Shown here piece by piece: positions 56,854 through 64,000 of a DNA stretch of 64,000 nucleotides (the stretch's first letter is position 1; the number at the start of each line of letters is the position of its first letter). A program made the position numbers and the translations under genes. The stretch spans positions 670 to 64,669 of the forward strand of contig CAJMPU010000013.1 in NCBI GenBank assembly GCA_905215505.1, in the 5' to 3' direction. The DNA is from an uncultured bacterium (lineage in GTDB: Bacteria > Actinomycetota > Coriobacteriia > Coriobacteriales > Coriobacteriaceae). Under the pieces are notes generated by a model. It made no database searches, was not told the DNA's origin, and was given only the letters and a program-made list of their open reading frames with translations.

Positions 56854-58104
56854 ATGACCGATGTCGCCGCAACCCGCCCCTACGGAGTGCTGGGCCGCGT
56901 GCTGGGCCACAGCTACACCCCGACCATCTACAAGGAGCTCGCGGGGCTCGAGTACGTACGATTTGAGCGCGAGCCCGAGGACCTCCAGGCTTTTATGACG
57001 GGTGACGAATGGGAGGGCACCAACGTGACCATCCCCTACAAGCGCGCCGTCATGGAATACCTGGACGAGCTGAGTCCACTCGCCGAGCGTATGGGAAACG
57101 TCAACACCATCACGCGCCTGCCCGACGGCCGCCTGCGCGGCGACAACACCGACTACTTTGGCTTCCAATGCCTGGTCGAGGAGCTGGGCGTCGAGGTTGC
57201 CGGCAAGAAGGCCCTCGTGCTCGGTGCCACCGGTGGCGCCGGCACCACTGCCAGCATGGTGCTCGGCGACCTGGGCGCCATCGTCGTGCCGGTCGGCCGC
57301 ACGAGCGAAGTCAACTACGACAACATCGCGCAGCAGTCCGACGCCGCACTGCTCGTCAACTGCACGCCCGCCGGCATGTTCCCCCACTGTCCCGATGCCC
57401 CCTGCACGCTCGAGGGGCTCGATGCGCTCGAGGGCGTCATCGACATTGTCTACAACCCTGCACGCACGGGCCTGATGCTCGAGGCCGAGCGCCGCGGCAT
57501 CCCCTGCATCGGCGGCCTGCTCATGCTCGTGGCCCAGGCGGCGCAAGCCGTTGAGCGCTACACCGGCCAGGTCACTCCGCGTGAGCGCATTCTGGACGTA
57601 ACGGAGCGCCTGTCACGCCGCGAACAGAACATCGCGCTGATCGGTATGCCGGGCTCGGGCAAGACCCGCGTGGGCGAGCAGATTGCCCTGCTCACGGGGC
57701 GAGAGCACATCGACCTGGACCGCGCCCTCGAGGAGCGCCTGGGCATGCCCTGCGCCGACTTTATCGTCGAGCGCGGCGAGGCGGCCTTCCGCGAGCAGGA
57801 GACGGCGGCGCTGACCGGCATCTCCAAGCGCAGCGGCCTGGTGCTTTCCACGGGCGGCGGCGTGGTCACGCGCGACGAGAACTACCCGCTACTGCACCAG
57901 AACAGCCAGATCGTGATGCTCAACCGTAAGCTCGACGAACTCGCCCACAAGGGTCGCCCCATCACCGCCCGCGATGGCATCGACAAGCTGGCCGAGCAGC
58001 GCATGCCGCGCTACCGCGCCTGGGCCGACTACCTCATCGACTCGCGCGATTGCGCCGCCAACACCGCCCAAGCCCTCCTCGACACCCTCCCACCCGCTCT
58101 CTAA
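56854..58104 (+). CDS. aroE: Fused shikimate dehydrogenase / shikimate kinase
   Basis: HSYTP, NVTIPYK, NTDYFGF, DIVYNP, then LIGMPGSGKT, FREQE, STGGG. Confidence 0.92.
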   Translation: MTDVAATRPYGVLGRVLGHSYTPTIYKELAGLEYVRFEREPEDLQAFMTGDEWEGTNVTIPYKRAVMEYLDELSPLAERMGNVNTITRLPDGRLRGDNTDYFGFQCLVEELGVEVAGKKALVLGATGGAGTTASMVLGDLGAIVVPVGRTSEVNYDNIAQQSDAALLVNCTPAGMFPHCPDAPCTLEGLDALEGVIDIVYNPARTGLMLEAERRGIPCIGGLLMLVAQAAQAVERYTGQVTPRERILDVTERLSRREQNIALIGMPGSGKTRVGEQIALLTGREHIDLDRALEERLGMPCADFIVERGEAAFREQETAALTGISKRSGLVLSTGGGVVTRDENYPLLHQNSQIVMLNRKLDELAHKGRPITARDGIDKLAEQRMPRYRAWADYLIDSRDCAANTAQALLDTLPPAL

Positions 58105-58107
58105 CCA

Positions 58108-58146
58108 AAACCACCACAAAGGGGACAGGCACCTATGTGGCGGTTT
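58108..58146 (+). repeat. Palindromic REP-like element with GGGGACAGG loop
   Basis: AAACCACCACA-AAGGGGACAGGCACCTA-TGTGGCGGTTT between aroE-K and aroQ. Confidence 0.5.
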
Positions 58147-58168
58147 CTCGACTGCAAAGGAAGCAAAC

Positions 58169-58606
58169 ATGAAAGCACTCGTCATCAACGGCCCCAACCT
58201 CAACATGCTCGGCATTCGCGAGCCGGGTATCTACGGCAGCGACAACTACGACCGCCTGGTCCAGATCTGCCAGGAGGCGGGCGCCGCGCAGGGCTTTGAC
58301 GAGGTCGAGGTCTTCCAGTCCAACCACGAGGGCAGCATCGTCGACAAGATCCAGGAGGCCTACGGCAAGGTCGACGGCATCATCATCAACCCGGCGGCAT
58401 ACACGCATACGAGCGTGGCGATCCTCGACGCCCTCAAGGCCGTCGCCATCCCTGCCGTCGAGGTACACATCAGCGCCGTAGAGACACGCGAGGACTTCCG
58501 CCAGGTGAGCTATGCACGCCTGGCCTGCTTCGCCACCATCACCGGCGAAGGCCTGCAGGGCTACGCACATGCGCTAGAGCTGTTGAAAGAGCATCTGGAA
58601 AAGTAA
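58169..58606 (+). CDS. aroQ: Type II 3-dehydroquinate dehydratase
   Basis: INGPNLNMLG.REP..YG, QSNHEG, NPAAYTHTS, EVHIS, RE.FR. Confidence 0.96.
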   Translation: MKALVINGPNLNMLGIREPGIYGSDNYDRLVQICQEAGAAQGFDEVEVFQSNHEGSIVDKIQEAYGKVDGIIINPAAYTHTSVAILDALKAVAIPAVEVHISAVETREDFRQVSYARLACFATITGEGLQGYAHALELLKEHLEK

Positions 58607-58735
58607 AATGCCAACCCCAACAAACAGCAGCGGCTTGCTCGCGCTCGGCTTCAGCAGCATACAAGATGAAAAAAGCCCAGACCACCAATGAACTGCCTCC
58701 CATTTCTTGGACATGAGAAATGGGAGGCTTTCTTT

Positions 58736-59227
58736 ATGCGCGTTGATTTGAGAGTGAAGCATGATATCGAGGCCAGGAAGGCGGCCATAGGGCTCTTCGA
58801 GCTCGGGCACGGGTATAAATCTGCCGCGATTGCCCTTTCGCTTCCCGTGGAAGCCGTGAGAAGATGGCAGGAGATATACCGCGCATTCGGGAGCGAGGTG
58901 CTGCTGCGCATGGACGGAAAGCAGGGCAGGTACACATACGAGCAGAAGGTCGCCGCCGCCTCCGCCGTCGTCGACGGCGGCATGACGAAGACCGAGGCGA
59001 TGGCGGCGTTCGGCATAATGTCGATGTCGCCGCTCAAGAAGTGGTGCGCGCTATACCGCCGGGGCGGCGCGGAGGCCCTGCGCCCGAGGCCCAAGGGCCG
59101 GCCGAAGGGTTCCAAGGCGAGGCCGCGGACCCGCGAGGAGGAGCTCGAGGAGCGGTGCCGTAGGCTCGAGGCCGAGGTGGCCTACCTAAAAAAATTACGC
59201 GCCCTGGTCGAGAGGGACGGGCTCTGA
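58736..59227 (+). CDS. IS3 OrfA (HTH)
   Basis: Two HTH-like repeats, KGRP, coiled-coil LEAEVAYLKKL; A7 slippery site at 59188-59194. Confidence 0.88.
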   Translation: MRVDLRVKHDIEARKAAIGLFELGHGYKSAAIALSLPVEAVRRWQEIYRAFGSEVLLRMDGKQGRYTYEQKVAAASAVVDGGMTKTEAMAAFGIMSMSPLKKWCALYRRGGAEALRPRPKGRPKGSKARPRTREEELEERCRRLEAEVAYLKKLRALVERDGL

Positions 59228-60099
59228 CCAGGGCGAAGGCCGAAGCGGTCGCGGCCCTGCGCGCCGAGGGGCACGCGCTCGGGCACCTGCTCGCATGCGC
59301 CGAGCTCAAGCGGTCGACCTACTACTACGCCCTCGCGCACCCGCCGAGGCCCACGCGCCCCGAGCTCTGGGAGGCGGCCGCCGAGATCTTCTCGCGCACC
59401 GCCAACGGCTGCGGGCACCGGCAGATAGCGATGTGCCTCAGGGCGGAAGAGGGGGCCGTGATAGCCGACAAGACCGTGCTCAAGATGATGCGCGAGATGG
59501 GGATTCGCTGCGGTATCAGACGCGAGACGGCCTACCACAGGTACAACTCGTACAGGGGCGTCGTCGGCAGGACGTTCGAGAACGTGATCGCGAGGGATTT
59601 CGACGCCGGGGCCCCGTGGCGGAAGCTGGGAACGGACGTCACCGAGTTCAAGGTGGCGGGCGGCAAGGCCTACTGGGCCCCGACGCTGGACTTCTGCACC
59701 AAGGAGATTGTGGCGAGCGACATATCGACCACGCCCGACATGGCCCAGCAGGTCAGGATGCTCGACGAGCTGCTGTCCAAGATCCCCGAGGGCGCCGCCC
59801 CGACCATGCACTCGGACCGGGGCTGGCAGTACCAGCACGCCTCGTACACATCCAGGCTCGAGGCCGCCGGCATCGTCCAGAGCATGTCCAGGAAGGCGAA
59901 CTGCATCGACAACGCCGCCACCGAGCAGCTCTTCGGCCACGTCAAGGACGAGTTCTACCGGGGCCGCGAGTGGGAGACGTTCGAGGATTTCTAACGCGAC
60001 CTGGAGGAATACATAGTCCACTGGAACACGAGCCGGAGGCAGGTAAGATTGAAGGGCCTGACCCCGGAGGAGTTCCGGAATCAGGCCCTCGCGGCCTAG
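59188..60099 (+). pseudogene. IS3 OrfB DDE transposase with premature stop at 59992-59994
   Basis: -1 frame to OrfA; TDVT, HSDRG, CIDNAATE. After the TAA the same frame reads RDLEEYIVHWNTSRRQVRLKGLTPEEFR, the usual IS3 C-terminus. Confidence 0.82.
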
Positions 60100-60162
60100 T
60101 CGCTATTTAGGGCGTCCAAGATTTGGGACGCAGTTCACAAGCGGTCCGGGCTTAATAAACGA

Positions 60163-60239
60163 TGGTGCTCCATGGCGGATTCGAACCGTCGACCTTGGGA
60201 TTAGAAGTCCCCTGCTCTATCCAACTGAGCTAATGGAGC
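60163..60239 (-). tRNA. tRNA-Arg (TCT)
   Basis: GCTCCATTAGCTCAGTTGGATAGAGC...CTTCTAA...GGTTCGAATCC...TGGAGCACCA. Confidence 0.95.
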
Positions 60240-60293
60240 ATATAACCGCACGCCCAAGCAAGCGCAAGCCTGTCAGGCGCAAGTAATTATAAC

Positions 60294-61061
60294 CTAGTTG
60301 AACTGCTCGCGGTACGCCTTGCAGACCTCATCGACCGGGCCGTCCATGCGAAGGTCACCCTTCTCAATCCAAACGGCACGCTGGCAGATGCGCTCAACCT
60401 GCTCCATGGAGTGCGAAACGAACAGAACCGTCACGTCACCGCTCTGGATAAAGTGCTGGATGCGGGCCTCGCACTTCTGCTGGAAGAACACGTCACCGAC
60501 GGACAGCGTCTCGTCAACGATCAGAATATCAGGCTCGGTAATCGTTGCGATTGCAAAGGCGATACGCGCCACCATGCCCGAGGAGAAATTCTTGAGCGGC
60601 ATATCGACAAAGTTCTGAAGCTCAGCGAACTCGATAATGCCGTCAAAGTTGGCGTCGATGAACTCCTTGGTATAACCGAGCAGGGCGCCGTTCAGATAGA
60701 TATTCTCGCGGGCGGTCAGCTCGGGGTCGAAGCCGGCACCAAGCTCGATCAGCGGCGCGATGTTACCGTGCACCTTAACGCTGCCCTCGCTAGGCTCAAG
60801 CACGCCAGCGATAATCTTGAGCATCGTAGACTTACCGGAACCATTGGTGCCGACCAGACCCACGACCTCACCGCGATGAATATCGAACGAGATGTGCTTA
60901 AGCGCCCTAAACTCCTCAAAGAACAGCTCGTGCTTGGCAAGCTTAATGAAGTACTCCTTGAGGTTGGTCAGCGACTCGGACGCCATGTTAAAGATCATGG
61001 TGACGTCGTCGACCTCGACAGCCAGAGGCTGCTCGCTGTAATCAACAACAGATTCAGTCAT
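60294..61061 (-). CDS. wzt: Polysaccharide/teichoic-acid ABC exporter ATPase (Wzt/TagH/RgpD-like)
   Basis: GTNGSGKST, FSSGMVARIAF, LIVDE, FVSH; no C-terminal carbohydrate-binding domain. Confidence 0.9.
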   Translation of the reverse strand: MTESVVDYSEQPLAVEVDDVTMIFNMASESLTNLKEYFIKLAKHELFFEEFRALKHISFDIHRGEVVGLVGTNGSGKSTMLKIIAGVLEPSEGSVKVHGNIAPLIELGAGFDPELTARENIYLNGALLGYTKEFIDANFDGIIEFAELQNFVDMPLKNFSSGMVARIAFAIATITEPDILIVDETLSVGDVFFQQKCEARIQHFIQSGDVTVLFVSHSMEQVERICQRAVWIEKGDLRMDGPVDEVCKAYREQFN

Positions 61062-61072
61062 CACAGCACTCC

Positions 61073-61918
61073 TTAGATGTAGAGGATGAACTTGCGCTCG
61101 GACTTATGGAACACGGTATAGCCAATAACAAGCGCAAGAACCGCCCAAGCAGCGCACATACCAAACGTCATAAGCGAGGGCGTAGTCTGGAACAGAAAGA
61201 TATCGCGCATAAACTGCAGGTAGTTGTACATGGGGTTCGCATACATCAAGATACGCACGAGATGCGGCATTTGCGCAATATAGTCAGTCGTCCAGAAGAT
61301 GGGCGTAATATAAGTCCACGCCGTAATGACGACGCTCCACAGATGCATAACGTCGCGGAAAAAGACCGTAAGGGCAGAAAGCATCATGCCCAGGCCCATG
61401 CAGAAGCACATAAGCAGCAGCAGGCAAACCGGCAGCAGAATCAGATGCCAAGAAGGCATAACGCGGAACCACAGCATAACGATGGCGACGGCGACCAGCG
61501 AGAAGGCAAAGTTGACCAGCGAGAAGAGCACCTTCTGCACCGGGAAGACCCAGCGGTGCACCTTAACCTTCTTGAGCAGAGGGGCAGCACCCACGATCGA
61601 CGTCAGGGCCTGGTTCGTAGACTCGGACATGACGGCAAAGGTAACGTTACCCACGATCAAGTACAGCGGGTACATCTCGGGCGTCATTGATCCATTGCGG
61701 CCCTGGCCAAAAATCGTCGAGAACACGATGGCCATGACGATCATCATCAGCAGCGGGTTGAGAACCGACCATGCGACGCCCAGAACGCTACGGCGATACT
61801 TGATCTTAAAATCCTTGGTAACCAGCTGACGAAGGATAAACGCGTCCTTCTCAAATTCGTTCTTAGCAAACGTCGCAGGCAGACTGCGAGTTTCTTGTTG
61901 CTTTGTCTGATCCGACAC
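61073..61918 (-). CDS. wzm: Polysaccharide ABC exporter permease (Wzm/RgpC-like)
   Basis: KIKYRRSVLGVAWSVLNPL, FFRD, TPIFW, NPM; GTG start with AAGGAG SD. Confidence 0.9.
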   Translation of the reverse strand: MSDQTKQQETRSLPATFAKNEFEKDAFILRQLVTKDFKIKYRRSVLGVAWSVLNPLLMMIVMAIVFSTIFGQGRNGSMTPEMYPLYLIVGNVTFAVMSESTNQALTSIVGAAPLLKKVKVHRWVFPVQKVLFSLVNFAFSLVAVAIVMLWFRVMPSWHLILLPVCLLLLMCFCMGLGMMLSALTVFFRDVMHLWSVVITAWTYITPIFWTTDYIAQMPHLVRILMYANPMYNYLQFMRDIFLFQTTPSLMTFGMCAAWAVLALVIGYTVFHKSERKFILYI

Positions 61919-62078
61919 GGATGCAACTCCTTTACTCGTAATCGTTGACAAACGAACAGTATAGACCCGACGGCCATGCAAACGATTCGCGCAACAAAAC
62001 TGGAGAACTAACCCACATCTTAGGATGCCAAGCCCAAACGGCTATACTTTCAAGAATTGAATGTATAAGGAGCATTGA

Positions 62079-63050
62079 GTGAATTCTGAATCCATCGCCG
62101 TCATCATCCCCTGCTACAACGAAGCCCTCACGATCGGCAAAGTCATCGACGACTTTCACCGCGAGCTTCCGCAAGCGACGGTCTATGTCTATGACAACAA
62201 CTCGTCGGACGATACCTCACGCATCGCCACCGAGCACGGCGCCACGGTCCGCTTTGAGCCCCGTCAGGGAAAGGGCAACGTGTGCCGCCAGATGTTTCGC
62301 GATATCGACGCCGATTGCTACCTGATGGTCGACGGCGACGACACCTACCCCGCCGAGGCGGCCAAAGCCCTCTGCGAGCCCATCCTCAACGGCGCGGCCG
62401 ATATGACCGTAGGCGACCGCCTTTCCAACGGCACCTACGCCGAGGAAAACAAGCGTGCTTTCCACGGCTTTGGCAACAATCTGGTCCGCGCCATGATCAA
62501 GTGGATCTATGGCTACAGCTTCGATGATGTCATGACCGGCTACCGCGCCATGAGCCGCCCGTTCGTTAAAACCTTCCCTGTGCTTTCCGAGGGCTTCCAG
62601 ATCGAAACCGAGCTCTCGATCCACGCCGTCGACCACCGCTGGCGCATCAAAGATGTGCCCATCGAGTACCGCGACCGTCCGGAAGGCTCCGAATCCAAGC
62701 TCAATACCGTGAGCGACGGCATTAAAGTCGTCGCGATGATCGGCACGCTGTTCAAGGACTACCGCCCGCTGAAGTTCTTCAGCCTCGTCGCGCTTCTGTT
62801 TGCGGTGATCGGCCTCGCCCTGGGCATGCCCATCGTTGTCGAGTATTTCCAGACCGGCCTCGTTCCGCGCTTCCCCACCGCCATGCTCGCCGCGTCGTTT
62901 ATGTTCCTGTGCGGCCTGAGCCTTGCAACCGGATTCATCCTGGATTCTGTAGCAAAGGTCGAAAAAAAGCAGTGGGAGGTCAACGTATATAGCAAGTACG
63001 CCTACGACGACCAGCCCGGCCACCCTACTTCCAAGCCAAGCGAGAGGTAA
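62079..63050 (+). CDS. Glycosyltransferase family 2 with C-terminal TM helices
   Basis: IIPCYNE, YDNNS, VDGDDTY, GFQIETE; two C-terminal TMs. Confidence 0.9.
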   Translation: MNSESIAVIIPCYNEALTIGKVIDDFHRELPQATVYVYDNNSSDDTSRIATEHGATVRFEPRQGKGNVCRQMFRDIDADCYLMVDGDDTYPAEAAKALCEPILNGAADMTVGDRLSNGTYAEENKRAFHGFGNNLVRAMIKWIYGYSFDDVMTGYRAMSRPFVKTFPVLSEGFQIETELSIHAVDHRWRIKDVPIEYRDRPEGSESKLNTVSDGIKVVAMIGTLFKDYRPLKFFSLVALLFAVIGLALGMPIVVEYFQTGLVPRFPTAMLAASFMFLCGLSLATGFILDSVAKVEKKQWEVNVYSKYAYDDQPGHPTSKPSER

Positions 63051-63056
63051 ACCACC

Positions 63057-64000
63057 ATGCCGCTCATCTCCATCGTCGTGCCGTGTTACAACGAGCAGGA
63101 ATCACTTCCGATCTTTCTCAAAGAGCTCGATGGCGTCGTTCGCATCATGACCCGGCAAGACCCCGGCATCTCCTTTGAAGCCGTCCTCATCGACGATGGC
63201 TCGGCAGACAAAACGCTCGCCGTCATGAAGGCAGAAGCTGCGGCGGCGCATCCATACGCCATCCGCTGGCACTCTTTCTCGCGCAACTTTGGCAAGGAGG
63301 CGGCACTACTCGCCGGACTCCAGCACGCAAAGGGCGACTATGTCGCCACCATGGATGCCGACATGCAGGACCCGCCCTCGCTCCTGCCGCAGATGTACGA
63401 GATCTTGCAAACCGAAGACTACGATAACGTCGCCACACGCAGGACCACCCGCGAAGGCGAGCCTCCCATCAGGTCGTTCTGCGCCCGTATGTTCTACAAG
63501 ATCATCAACCGCATTTCCAAGGCCGACATCGTCGACGGAGCACGCGATTTTAGGCTCATGAAGCGACCTATGGTCAACGCCATCATCTCCATGGGCGAAT
63601 ACAATCGATTCTCCAAGGGCATCTACGGCTGGGTCGGCTTCAAGACCAAATGGCTCCCCTACGTAAACGTCAACCGCGTGGCCGGTGAGACCAAATGGAG
63701 CTTTTGGTCGCTGCTCCTCTATTCCATCGACGGCATCGTCGCGTTTTCCACGGCGCCACTCTCCCTCGCCGCCCTCACGGGTATCGTCTTCTGCCTCATC
63801 GCCATCATGGGATTTATCGTCATCCTGGTCAAAACGCTTGTTTGGGGCGATCCCGTAGGCGGATGGCCCTCCCTTGCCTGCCTCATTACGCTGTTTGGCG
63901 GCATGCAGCTCCTGTGCCTGGGAATCATTGGCGAGTACCTAGCAAAAGCCTACTTGGAGGCCAAGCACCGCCCCATCTATATCATTCGAGAATCCAACGA
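63057..64000 (+). CDS. GT2 polyprenol-phosphate glycosyltransferase (GtrB/YkoT-like), runs off window
   Basis: MPLISIVVPCYNEQ, IDDGS, FSRNFGKEAA, MDADMQDPP, DFRLM, IGEYL...RPIY. Absent from the ORF track because the stop lies beyond the window. Confidence 0.9.
   Translation, partial: MPLISIVVPCYNEQESLPIFLKELDGVVRIMTRQDPGISFEAVLIDDGSADKTLAVMKAEAAAAHPYAIRWHSFSRNFGKEAALLAGLQHAKGDYVATMDADMQDPPSLLPQMYEILQTEDYDNVATRRTTREGEPPIRSFCARMFYKIINRISKADIVDGARDFRLMKRPMVNAIISMGEYNRFSKGIYGWVGFKTKWLPYVNVNRVAGETKWSFWSLLLYSIDGIVAFSTAPLSLAALTGIVFCLIAIMGFIVILVKTLVWGDPVGGWPSLACLITLFGGMQLLCLGIIGEYLAKAYLEAKHRPIYIIRESN

Larger units (their letters stand above)
58689..60137 (+). mobile_element. IS3-family insertion sequence (IS150-like), 1449 bp, 3-bp TSD CAA
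   Basis: IRL TGAACTGCCTCCCATTTCTTGGAC vs reverse-complemented IRR TGAACTGCGTCCCAAATCTTGGAC (21/24); TG...CA ends; CAA at 58686-58688 and 60138-60140. Confidence 0.93.

Overview
High-GC bacterial chromosome segment. Gene content and order (glyQ/glyS, mreBCD-pbp2-rodA, trmFO, nadD-yqeK-rsfS, ppdK) point to a Coriobacteriia gut actinobacterium, Collinsella-like; this taxonomy is an inference. The window is mostly core genome. It opens with the 3' end of adhE and an APH-like kinase. A long, mostly minus-strand block follows: proS, ispG, rseP, dxr, cdsA, uppS, frr, pyrH, tsf, rpsB; xerC, trmFO, dprA, comM, yraN, rnhB, rplS; ppdK, PDRP, glyS, glyQ; lepB, trmD, rimM, khpA, rpsP; dinB (+); rsfS, yqeK, nadD, obgE, rpmA, rplU; an uncharacterised radical-SAM pair; the elongasome; TPR, cyclophilin and Zn-ribbon genes; and a P-type ATPase. 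A complete 8-gene shikimate/Phe/Tyr operon lies between two tRNA-Arg genes, with an IS3-family element at its end, and the window closes with the start of a wzm/wzt + GT2 glycan locus. No CRISPR array, prophage or recognisable defence system was seen. The best leads are: (i) a leaderless, Tyr/Phe-containing uORF overlapping a terminator ahead of the aro operon; (ii) dispersed stem-loop elements with unrelated arms but a shared GGGACRGG core just after stop codons; (iii) a winged-helix-like insert in RseP; (iv) xerC apparently starting at ATA; (v) an IS3 inserted exactly into the loop of a tRNA terminator and carrying a nonsense mutation; (vi) a pseudo-GTPase/DUF697-like gene and radical-SAM pair coupled to rodA; (vii) a P-type ATPase with PQGL instead of PEGL. 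Family calls come from motif recognition by eye; no searches were run.
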